Shown here: positions 8,197-18,961 of the stretch, in pieces
Numbering within the stretch: the first letter of the stretch is position 1
Layout of the letters: every line of letters begins with the position of its first letter
NCBI GenBank assembly: GCA_965249575.1
Contig: OZ252244.1
Coordinates: forward strand, 1,935,127 to 1,999,126
Origin: Gemmatimonadales bacterium
Lineage (GTDB): Bacteria; Gemmatimonadota; Gemmatimonadetes; Gemmatimonadales; GWC2-71-9
Direction of reading: 5' to 3'
Length of the DNA stretch: 64,000 nt
Notes under the pieces: generated by a model
Database searches by the model: none
Told to the model about the DNA's origin: nothing
Seen by the model: the letters and a program-made list of their open reading frames with translations, nothing else
Made by a program: the position numbers and the translations under genes

Positions 8197-9077
8197 CTAC
8201 CCGCTCTTCCGCACCGCCCGCCCCACGATGATCGTGATGTTGTCGGTGCCGCCGTCGTCCAGCGCGTCCTGCAGTAGGTCCTCGCACACCTGCTTCGCCA
8301 ATGTCATCGCGCCCAGCCGTTCCTTGATGCGATCGTCCGACACGTGCTTGGTGAGGCCGTCGCTGCAGAGCAGGTGGACGTTTCGCCAGTCGGATTGTAT
8401 GCGCGTCACGACGGGAGCGGTCTGCGGCCCCCCGATCGAGCTCGAGAGCGTGTGCGCCCACCGAGTCCGGAATGCTTCGGTCCGCGTAAACACCCCTTGT
8501 TCGACCAGCTCCTCGGCCATGGTCTGGTCCCGCGTGACCTGGTTCAGCTCCCCCTCACGGTACACGTAGTACCGCGAGTCGCCGACTTGCACGAGGTACA
8601 CCCAACCCCAAACGCCTATCCAAAGCGTCAGCGTGGTGGCCATCCCGCGGTATTCGGAATCCGCCTCGGCGCGCTCGACGATGGCCGAGTGGCACTGCAT
8701 GGCCGCCTCCTGCAGCGCATCGATGAAGCTGTCCTTGTCGGCGTCGGCGCTGTAGTAACACCGCATGCTCGATGCCACGTATTGGGACACCTGCTGGAGC
8801 GCGAGCCGGCTGGCTCCTCGCCCTTCTTGCTGCCCCCGACCCCGTCCGCGACCATTGCCAGTGAGGCGAGACGCTCGTCCCCCAGGGGAAGCTGATCCAG
8901 ATCGGGGAGGCTGGTCATGTAGACGTCCATTCGCTTGCGGAGCGAACAGAGGAGAAAATGGTCCTGATTGGTCTTTCGCACCTTGCCTGGGTGGGTGAGG
9001 CCATGGACGTCGATCTGATCGTCGAGTGGTCTCGGGGTAGGCGTGGGGCGGCTGGTTGTGGTCTCGAGCGATGGCAT
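8197..9077 (-). pseudogene. PP2C-family Ser/Thr phosphatase interrupted by a 1-nt frameshift near 8812
   Basis: N-terminal part lies in the frame of ORF 8628..9077 (VHGLTHPGKVRKTNQDHF...LAMVADGVGGSKKGEE). The remainder lies in the frame of ORF 8197..9186 (ASRLALQQVSQYV...TTLTLW...VQVGDSRYYV...LLCSDGLTKHV...GGTDNITIIVGR). Inserting one G in gaggag^cc restores ...KKGEEASRLAL... Confidence 0.8.
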
Positions 9078-9192
9078 GGCTGGCTTCCTGGTCAGGCACT
9101 CTCAAAACGATACGGTCGCGGGGCCAGGCCCGATAGATCGCCACTCTCAAAGCACGCAGAACAGGCGCCCCTCCCCCCGTGGGCACGATGTC

Positions 9193-9501
9193 TCAACCGG
9201 TGAGAAACCGATGCGCCCCGATGGTATGTAGCTCGACGGCCACCGGGGGTTCGTCGCATCGATCTTTGATCTCTGCCTGGAACGCCTTGAACGCGGCAGT
9301 CTCGGAGAGCGGATTGCGGCCGTCTGAGGTTTCGATGGACGCGATATGCACGAAGCTCAGGCCATCGTCGAGCTTGAACGATGCATATCGCAAGTCCTCG
9401 GGACTCTGCTCCGCCAACTCCGCAAACACCTTGCGAATGAGAGCCTCGTTTTCGTCGCCTCGGCCAGGCTTGATCTTGTAGCGGACCATGACTCGCTTCA
9501 T
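9193..9501 (-). CDS. Small ABM/Dabb-like (ferredoxin-fold) protein
   Basis: ATG at 9499-9501 gives MKRVMVRYKIKPGRGDENEALIRKVFAELAE...FVHIASIETSD...AFQAEIKDRC, about 102 aa. The pattern is typical of antibiotic-biosynthesis-monooxygenase-like domains. The family call is tentative. Confidence 0.5.
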   Translation of the reverse strand: MKRVMVRYKIKPGRGDENEALIRKVFAELAEQSPEDLRYASFKLDDGLSFVHIASIETSDGRNPLSETAAFKAFQAEIKDRCDEPPVAVELHTIGAHRFLTG

Positions 9502-9574
9502 GGGAGTGACCCTTCCATTCGTTGGGACCCGCGAGTGACCCAAATCGCCACTCGCCACTCGCAAATCGCCCATC

Positions 9575-12520
<2,946 letters not shown>

Positions 12521-12564
12521 ACGATACGGCTCGGATCATCACGCGGCCAGACGGCGGGACTCGG

Positions 12565-12790
12565 TGGGGGAGTCGTGAGTGGTGAGAGGTAGTAGTGAGA
12601 TGTGAGAAGTGAGTGGTGAGTGGGGGGCAGCAATGTTGCTTTAGCGACAGACTAGCCGAGCCGCGACTTCAGTCGCGAGAACATTGAGGTCAGGCCCGAT
12701 AGAGCGGCGATTGGCGATTCCCGATTGGTCCGCCCGCAACCCATTCGCACTCGCCAATCGCCACTCTCAAATTGCCACTCCAGTCGTCGC
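12565..12790. repeat. Composite intergenic repeat: (GTGAG)-rich arm, small hairpins, complementary C-type arm
   Basis: Arm 12565-12627 is ggggagtcgtgagtggtgagaggtagtagtgagatgtgagaagtgagtggtgagtgggggg. Tetraloop hairpin cgcgac-ttca-gtcgcg at 12662-12677. The 12-bp perfect pair ggcgattggcga (12706-12717) / tcgccaatcgcc (12751-12762). C-type arm at 12746-12781 overlaps the EamA 3' end. Confidence 0.6.
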
Positions 12791-13657
12791 CGGTCGCCGG
12801 TTCACCATGGCGATGCTGATTCCGACGAGGGCTAGACCCACGAAGACACGTAGTCCCAGTGTCTCGCCCAGTGCCAACGCTCCGAGGAACACGTCTACGA
12901 CCGTCTCGAAGATCACCCCCATGCTGACGAACGTCGCGTCGAGGCGTTTGAGGACCCAGAAGAGTCCGAGATAGCACCCGACGGTGACCACCAGTGCGAG
13001 ATAAACGACGCTGAGCGCGGCCGTCGGGGTGACGCGCACGTCCATACCATACTCGAGAGCGAGTGCCAGGATCGAGAGAAACGCCGCGCCTGACGATACC
13101 TGGAGGGCTGTGAGCCAAATAGTCGAGGTATTGCGGCCGTGGCGCCTAACCATCACCGCGCCGAACGAGGCCGAAAGGGCGGCGATGAGAACCGCGGCAA
13201 CCGGTGCTACTGCCGGCGCCCCGACCGCGCCGCTGGATCCTACGACCGTGACGACTGCAGCCACGGCCAGCAAAGTCCCGCCCAGCTTCGTCGCGGTCAA
13301 CGGCTCTTCCTTTAAGAGGAAATGCGCCACGATCGCCGTGGAGACCGGAAACGTCGCAAACAGCATCGCGGTGAGGCCAGAAGTGATGGTCTGTTGCGCC
13401 CAAAAGATCAGCGCGTAGGGCACCCCGAGCTGCGGGACGCCGACCATGAGCCAGAAACGCACCTCTCTCCAATGGGGCCTACGATTCGCCTGGAACCAGC
13501 GCGCCGCCAACAGGAGAACGCCGGCGGCGAGAACCGTGCGAGCGGCTGCAAATGTGAGGGGCGGGAGGTCTCGCAGCCCCACCCGGATGACGGCCCACGT
13601 CGTACCCCAGACGAGACCGATAGTGAGCCATACGATGTAAGGGAGAGCGCGAGACAA
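12767..13657 (-). CDS. EamA/DMT-family transporter
   Basis: 296-aa ORF with ten hydrophobic segments and two EamA-like halves (LVWGTTWAVIRVGL..., FGAVMVRRHG...). Confidence 0.8.
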   Translation of the reverse strand: MSRALPYIVWLTIGLVWGTTWAVIRVGLRDLPPLTFAAARTVLAAGVLLLAARWFQANRRPHWREVRFWLMVGVPQLGVPYALIFWAQQTITSGLTAMLFATFPVSTAIVAHFLLKEEPLTATKLGGTLLAVAAVVTVVGSSGAVGAPAVAPVAAVLIAALSASFGAVMVRRHGRNTSTIWLTALQVSSGAAFLSILALALEYGMDVRVTPTAALSVVYLALVVTVGCYLGLFWVLKRLDATFVSMGVIFETVVDVFLGALALGETLGLRVFVGLALVGISIAMVNRRPATTGVAI

Positions 13658-13746
13658 CTATCTATCGGTTCTCGTTGAGTAACTGGTGGCCGCGAGCGAG
13701 CACGGGAATCAAAGGGGGGAGGGGCGCGTCGGCAAGGATGGAGAGC

Positions 13747-13838
13747 AGTGAGAGGTGAGAGTGAGAAGCGCTATGCCGTAAGGGTGCCGGACAGGTGCCG
13801 GGCCCCATCGAGGGACCTCTCACCTCTCACCTCTCACA
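13747..13838. repeat. Imperfect hairpin with GTGAG-type arms
   Basis: Left arm agtgagaggtgagagtgagaag (13747-13768). Right arm cctctcacctctcacctctcaca (13816-13838). 14 consecutive complementary bases (gtgagaggtgagag) plus 5 more after a 1-nt bulge, with a loop of about 47 nt. Lies between the stop of 13847..14233 and the EamA start. Confidence 0.85.
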
Positions 13839-13846
13839 TTTGTATT

Positions 13847-14233
13847 TCATCGAGGGAGCTTCTTCCCCGTGACGGTTCCGTTGCCCCGGCTGCCCGAGAA
13901 GGTGCCCGCGAAGCTGCCGCCTTCGAAGGTGACCGATGTGATTATTTCCCCGCCGTCTTCGGTATCGATGGTCATCTCCACCACGTTGCCCTCGATAGCA
14001 AACCGTGTGATCGGCACGGGACTCTCACCGTCCGCGGCCATGGTTCCTTCATAGTCACCCGGCGCTCCCGTTATCTTCATTCGGCCCTCGATTGTGCGGT
14101 CGGGCTGAACCGCCTCGAAGTCGTACAGGCCTGCCAGGTCGAGAGCGGCTTCTCCCTCCGTGGCGCTTTGTGCCAGGGCGCTTCCGGTCGCGCCTACGCC
14201 AAGTGCAAGAATCAATGCTAGGGTGCGTGACAT
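13847..14233 (-). CDS. Small secreted hypothetical protein
   Basis: Signal peptide MSRTLALILALGVGATGSALAQ. 128 aa with a beta-rich Gly/Thr/Glu composition. No family recognised. Confidence 0.6.
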   Translation of the reverse strand: MSRTLALILALGVGATGSALAQSATEGEAALDLAGLYDFEAVQPDRTIEGRMKITGAPGDYEGTMAADGESPVPITRFAIEGNVVEMTIDTEDGGEIITSVTFEGGSFAGTFSGSRGNGTVTGKKLPR

Positions 14234-14315
14234 TTGGCCTCCCGGTCGAGATTGAGCTAACCACCGTACGGGTGAAGCCCCCCAAGGGTTTCGGGGCGGA
14301 CGTCACGGGAGAGGC

Positions 14316-15197
14316 CTAGGGTAGCTCTTGCAGAAACTCTTCCAGCACGCGATTGAAGCGCTTGGGGTCGTCGACAAATAGGGCGTGCCCGGCTTGCTCG
14401 AAGATCTCGACCTTCGCTTCGGGAGCCCGCTCGCGAATCTGGCGTGCGACTTCACGCGTAGCCGCAGTTCCCACGAACAACAGTGGACGGTCCACGAGGC
14501 TCAAAGCCGGCCGCCAGTCGGCGTCGCCCAACGAAAACGTGCTCGCCATCAGCGTGTAGGCGGTGGGAGTCAGCGTGGCGAGTGACGCCCGGGTGATTCG
14601 TTCGAGGTAGTGCTCCGCCTGTGGCGTCCGATACATGCTGCGCACGAACTCCTCGGTGGAGTTCCGGCGGTCGCGAAGCAAGTCCACGAGCATTGTGTCC
14701 ACGAATGCCGAGGCCCAGGCGTCGATGGACACCAGGCCGTCGACGAGCACGATGCCCGCGAGCCTATCGGTGCCATGGTGTTCGATCAGGTGGAGGATCT
14801 CGGGCACGGCCAGGGACCACCCGACAAGCACGGCGTGGCCATCGCTCACATGCTGTAGGAGTTCTTCGATGTCCTGTACTCGTCGATCGATGAAGTTGCC
14901 CTCCGCGGTTATCTCTGACCTTCCCTGTGACCGTGGGTCGAGGGCGACGACGCGGTGGGATCGAACGAAGTGGCGGAGCTGGTGCTCCCAAATGTCGGCC
15001 GGCATCGTCCAGCCAGGTACGAAAACGAGCGCGCGGCCCGACCCACCGCTCAGGTAGTGCAGCCGAACGTCATCACTCGTTGTGAACCAGCCGCTCGCGA
15101 CCCCAGGGATGCTCCCATCTTGGGAGCGCGCCGGTTGCGCTGCGGCGAGGAGGGCTAAGAACGACACTGCGGGCCGGGCGGCTAATCTGCGTGACAT
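14316..15197 (-). CDS. Secreted alpha/beta-fold hydrolase
   Basis: Signal peptide, then HYLSGGSGRALVFVPGW (oxyanion region), nucleophile elbow LVGWSLA, and C-terminal ...QAGHALFVDDP (catalytic His). Confidence 0.8.
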   Translation of the reverse strand: MSRRLAARPAVSFLALLAAAQPARSQDGSIPGVASGWFTTSDDVRLHYLSGGSGRALVFVPGWTMPADIWEHQLRHFVRSHRVVALDPRSQGRSEITAEGNFIDRRVQDIEELLQHVSDGHAVLVGWSLAVPEILHLIEHHGTDRLAGIVLVDGLVSIDAWASAFVDTMLVDLLRDRRNSTEEFVRSMYRTPQAEHYLERITRASLATLTPTAYTLMASTFSLGDADWRPALSLVDRPLLFVGTAATREVARQIRERAPEAKVEIFEQAGHALFVDDPKRFNRVLEEFLQELP

Positions 15198-15279
15198 GGA
15201 CCTATCTCCCGGGCGTTGATGGTGGGAGCGGCCTCCTTACGCATCACCCGGAGGCGCGGGGTGTGGGGCCTCCTCACTG

Positions 15280-16686
15280 CTACCCCACCTTGATGTCCCG
15301 CCATTTGCCCTGCCGGAACCGGAGCACGCTCAGCACACAGCGCGTCGTGTGGCCAAGAAGAATCGCAATCCAGATGTCGGCCGGGTTGAGTCCGCGCGTC
15401 GCCTGTAGCACCGCGCAGATGCCGAGTGGCACGGCGATCTGCGATACTAACGAGATGTAAAACGGGCTCTTGGTATCCCCCGTCCCCTGAAGCCCGCCGG
15501 TATAGGCGAGGGCGACGGTAATGAACAATCCGGAGACGCTCAAGAAGGCCAATAGCTGCACGCCCAGCTCGACGACGCTTGGATCAGTCATGCCGAAAAG
15601 CGCGAGTAGCGAGCTGGGGATCGTGAGGAACAAGAGCCCGAAGAACGCGGCGAGTGCGAGGCCGATACCGGAGGCCACCCTCACGGCTCTCACGGTCCTT
15701 TCGGGGCGTCCGGCCCCAAGGTTCTGACCGGCGACGGCAGCGGTGGCTCCCATGATCCCGACGGACGTCCAGGTGATGAGCGAGAAAAGCTCGGTGTAAC
15801 CGACGGCGTAAGCTGCCTGCGCTTCTGCACTGCGTTCGAGGGATCCGACAAAGCGGAGCAGCATCACGCCCCCGATGTTCATAGCGACCCCCTGATACCC
15901 GGTCGGCAGTCCGAACCGAAACAGCGACCGGATGATGGGCCAGTCGGGCTTCCAATTCATGCCCCGATGCCAGGTGACGACCAGCCTGCCGGAAAAAATG
16001 AGGTACACGGCGATCAGGCTCATGATCAGGCCGGCGAGCACGGTTCCGGCGGCCGCCCCAGCGGTCCCGAGAGCGGGTATTGGGCCAAGGCCGCGTATGA
16101 GGATGACGTTGAGCACCATGTTCAGGACGGTCATCGCGACGCCCAGACGGAGCGGCGTCCGAGCGTCGCCGGCAGACCGGAGGGCTCCGCCGACCATGAA
16201 GAACATCAGCATCCCGAAGCTGCCCAGGAACATGATGCGGAGGTACGGTAGCGCCTCCGCCCGGACCTCGGGTGCGGCGTTCACTATCCCGAGGAGGGAG
16301 GGTGCTGCCAGGTAGCCTACCGGCGCCATGATGCCCATCGATAGCACCACCGACGCAAGGAACGCCTGATAGACAGCTCGGTTGACCTTGTCGGACTCGC
16401 GTGCGCCTGCGAACCGGGCCACGAGCACACCCATCCCGGTGTAGAGCGAGCTGATGAACACGATGACGACGAGGAAGATCTGCCAGGCGACGCCGATCGC
16501 AGCGTTCCCGGTGTAGCCTACGAAGTGCCCGACCATCGCGTGATCGACGATCCCCTGGAGGCCGCCGATCACGTTTTGGAGCATGGTCGGCCACGCGAGC
16601 ATCCAGACCGCGCGAGCAATCGGCCCATCGACGATTGAGCGATCGAATGTCTTGGTGGGACGGGACGGCTTAGGCGGCGCGGTCAT
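15280..16686 (-). CDS. MATE-family multidrug/toxin efflux transporter
   Basis: 468 aa with 12 hydrophobic segments. N-terminal ...WMLAWPTMLQNVIGGLQGIVDHAMVGH is typical of MATE/NorM-like proteins. Confidence 0.85.
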   Translation of the reverse strand: MTAPPKPSRPTKTFDRSIVDGPIARAVWMLAWPTMLQNVIGGLQGIVDHAMVGHFVGYTGNAAIGVAWQIFLVVIVFISSLYTGMGVLVARFAGARESDKVNRAVYQAFLASVVLSMGIMAPVGYLAAPSLLGIVNAAPEVRAEALPYLRIMFLGSFGMLMFFMVGGALRSAGDARTPLRLGVAMTVLNMVLNVILIRGLGPIPALGTAGAAAGTVLAGLIMSLIAVYLIFSGRLVVTWHRGMNWKPDWPIIRSLFRFGLPTGYQGVAMNIGGVMLLRFVGSLERSAEAQAAYAVGYTELFSLITWTSVGIMGATAAVAGQNLGAGRPERTVRAVRVASGIGLALAAFFGLLFLTIPSSLLALFGMTDPSVVELGVQLLAFLSVSGLFITVALAYTGGLQGTGDTKSPFYISLVSQIAVPLGICAVLQATRGLNPADIWIAILLGHTTRCVLSVLRFRQGKWRDIKVG

Positions 16687-16894
16687 GGGGATGGAGGATC
16701 GCGGCGGGTCAGGGTTTGGACAAGTGGGGGATAGTGAGTGGTGAGAAGTGAGGACGAGTCAGCGGCCTCTACTGCGGTTCCCAGCTATTCGATGCGAACA
16801 CGGGGGACTTACCTCCAGCGGGACCGCGGTTATTGTAAAATGGGTGCCGGTAGACGCCGGCTTCGTGAGAAGACCATCGTGGGAGTGGAGCACC

Positions 16895-17143
16895 ATGACC
16901 GTGACCGTTCGCCAACCGATCGTCGAGCGCAAAGAGCGCCGATCTCTTCCCGACCGCCCCTGTGGCGTCTGTGCCCGCGGCGTGTACGTGACGAAGATGG
17001 AAACCGACTCGTACGCCGGCCGCGGCGTACTCCAGCGGTTCGGAGTCGACTCGAGGGAAGAGGGTCTGCTGTGGCGCGTCGAGGCCTGCGACAGGTGCGG
17101 ACACGTGCAGATCTTCCGGCAGGACTGGCGGCGGGTGGGGTAG
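16895..17143 (+). CDS. Possible small zinc-ribbon protein (82 aa)
   Basis: ATG 16895 is preceded by ggagtggag. Two CxxC pairs (CGVCARG ... CDRCGH). No homology recognised, so it could be a spurious high-GC ORF. Confidence 0.35.
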   Translation: MTVTVRQPIVERKERRSLPDRPCGVCARGVYVTKMETDSYAGRGVLQRFGVDSREEGLLWRVEACDRCGHVQIFRQDWRRVG

Positions 17144-17164
17144 GGAGTGGCGAGGGCGGGCTAG

Positions 17165-17629
17165 CTATGGCGCCCCCACCGTGAAGTCGCGTGCCACCCT
17201 CCAAGAACCGTCGGGCTGTCTGCGCCAGAACGTAACGTAACGCGTGAGTGTGGTGTCCGGCGCAGCCGTTGGAGCGTCCTTCCGGCGCAAAACGCTGATA
17301 TCGTGGCCAAACTCGTACGCGAAATCGCCGCGGATCTCGAGCCCCTCGGTCACGATCTGTAGCTCGAGGTACTCCGTCTCACTCTTCTCGAAGCTTCGAG
17401 CGCTCGTCTCGACGTAGGCCTCCCGGCCGTTCAGGTCATTTCCATCGACCCGCATGCTCGTAAAATCTTCCGTGACGACGTTGCGGAGCGCGGCGGCGTC
17501 GGCCTGTTTGTACGCGACCGCCCACACCTCGTTGGTCGCGGCGATGGCGGCGCGGTCGGCGGCGTCGTCGGGTGGTGATCCCAAACAGGCTGAGACGAGT
17601 AGAGCCGTGGGGAGTACGTAGGGTCTCAT
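17165..17629 (-). CDS. SnoaL/DUF4440-like (NTF2-fold) lipoprotein
   Basis: ATG 17627-17629 gives MRPYVLPTALLVSAC (lipobox-like). Then AIAATNEVWAVAYKQADAAALRNVVTEDF...YVTFWRRQPDGSWRVARD, typical of NTF2-like DUF4440 domains. Confidence 0.65.
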   Translation of the reverse strand: MRPYVLPTALLVSACLGSPPDDAADRAAIAATNEVWAVAYKQADAAALRNVVTEDFTSMRVDGNDLNGREAYVETSARSFEKSETEYLELQIVTEGLEIRGDFAYEFGHDISVLRRKDAPTAAPDTTLTRYVTFWRRQPDGSWRVARDFTVGAP

Positions 17630-17648
17630 CTGTGTGCTGACCTCGGTT

Positions 17649-18114
17649 TCAGATCTTGTCCCAGTTCCAGATCGCGTATTGCGTGTCCTTGTGGAGGTTG
17701 TGCCCACATTCTTTGAGAGTCAGGAGGATGTTCCCCCTTGGTGACTCTCGTGTGCGACGAAATACGCGAGCGTGGTGGGCACCCCCTTCTTGAATCCGCG
17801 GCGCTCGCCGCCCCCGAGAGCAGCCCGCTGAAAAACGCCTCGATCGCCGTGCCGGATGCGGTGAGCGCAGCCCTGAGCTGTTTCTTGGTTGGACGCGTCT
17901 TGGACTCAAAAACCTCAAGGCCAGCGGCGAGGTCTCGGGCACGTTTCTCCAATTGCCACACCCGGTTGTCGTGCAGGTGCCCGAACTGTCGTGCGACGTC
18001 GCGCCCGCCACGCTTGGACAGGGTACAACGCATGCCCGCATCGCTGATGTGATCGATCAGAAAGAGGTTGATACGGTTGTTCGTGCGCCACGCCTCCAGG
18101 AAATCCTCCGTCAT
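17649..18114 (-). pseudogene. DinB-family protein with two closely spaced frameshifts
   Basis: N-terminal 110 aa in the frame of ORF 17626..18372 from ATG 18112-18114 (MTEDFLEAWRTNNRINLFLIDHI...HLHDNRVWQLE). The middle segment GFKKGVPTTLAYFVAHESH is only in the third frame. The C-terminus RGNILLTLKECGHNLHKDTQYAIWNWDKI is in the frame of ORF 17649..18041. Shifts lie at about 17790-17815 and about 17738-17742, both at C5 runs. Confidence 0.7.
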
Positions 18115-18124
18115 GTGTCGAGGC

Positions 18125-18562
18125 TCAGCCGGTCCAAGGGTCGTACGTGCCGAAGTTCCACAGGTGCCCCTCCGGGTCACGGCACGAGTAACCCCGTCCT
18201 CCGTAATCTTCATCTTTGATGTCGTAGACGATCTCGGCACCGGCCGCGACGGCGCGGGCGTAGTGTACGTCCGCATCCTCCACGATGATGTACGGACTCT
18301 GGGACCCGACGCCACCGAGGTCCCGCGGGGTCTTCTGGAGCTTCCCGAATTCGTTGTCGAGCGCCGAGCCAAGCATGATCATTCCGTCGCCCAGCACCAG
18401 TTGGGCGTGGGCGATCGTGCCGTCCTCGCCCGGTACTACCAAATGCTCGCGGAACCCGAATGCCCTACACAGCCACTCGATGGCCGCCGCGGCGTCGTGG
18501 TAGCGCATGGTGGGGATAATGGTCGCCCTTGTCTCGCTGGGGTTGTCATTCAACGAGATCAC
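18125..18562 (-). CDS. VOC (glyoxalase/bleomycin-resistance/dioxygenase) family protein
   Basis: IIPTMRYHDAAAAIEWLCRAFGF...AHAQLVLGDGMIMLG...YIIVEDADVHYARAVAAGAEIV...YGGRGYSCRDPEGHLWNFGTY. GTG start at 18560-18562 was chosen to avoid overlap with the upstream gene. Confidence 0.75.
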   Translation of the reverse strand: MISLNDNPSETRATIIPTMRYHDAAAAIEWLCRAFGFREHLVVPGEDGTIAHAQLVLGDGMIMLGSALDNEFGKLQKTPRDLGGVGSQSPYIIVEDADVHYARAVAAGAEIVYDIKDEDYGGRGYSCRDPEGHLWNFGTYDPWTG

Positions 18563-18609
18563 CCTTGGTTGGTCCCATCTGAGTCGCTTGGGCTGGGTCG
18601 GATCAGCGC

Positions 18610-18909
18610 TCACGAGCGGTAGTAAGCGCCTTTCGGCGGGCCGGCCAGCATCGCCATGGCCTTCTCGAGCGCGTCTGGTGGTACGTTCTTCGCCGAGGCC
18701 TTGTGCGCGTCCTCGGTGTCCCACACTTCGATAACCACGACCCTCGTTGGGTCACCCTGGCGCTGGAGCAGTTGGCAGGATCGACATCCGTCCGAGGCCT
18801 CTATCGTCGGCACGAACGACCGGATTAGGTCCGCGAGATCGTCCCCCTTACCCCCCTGAGCGTGAAACTCGTTGATTCGTGTTACGGTCACCGATTCGCT
18901 CTCCTTCAA
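18610..18909 (-). CDS. Antibiotic-biosynthesis-monooxygenase (ABM) domain protein
   Basis: 99 aa. TVTRINEFHAQGGKGDDLADLIRSFVPTIEASDGCRSCQLLQRQGDPTRVVVIEVWDTEDAHKAS is the typical ABM ferredoxin-fold pattern. Confidence 0.7.
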   Translation of the reverse strand: MKESESVTVTRINEFHAQGGKGDDLADLIRSFVPTIEASDGCRSCQLLQRQGDPTRVVVIEVWDTEDAHKASAKNVPPDALEKAMAMLAGPPKGAYYRS

Positions 18910-18961
18910 CCGCTCTGCGAGTACCCCCTAACAGTGTCCAACATCGAAGGCGCCACGCTCC

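Noticed and set aside
12565-12640. Could the GTGAG/TAGGG tandem tracts (also 4033-4083) be a CRISPR array or minisatellite?
   Set aside because: The units are 5-7 nt and degenerate. There is no 24-40-nt constant repeat alternating with unique spacers, and no cas genes in the window.
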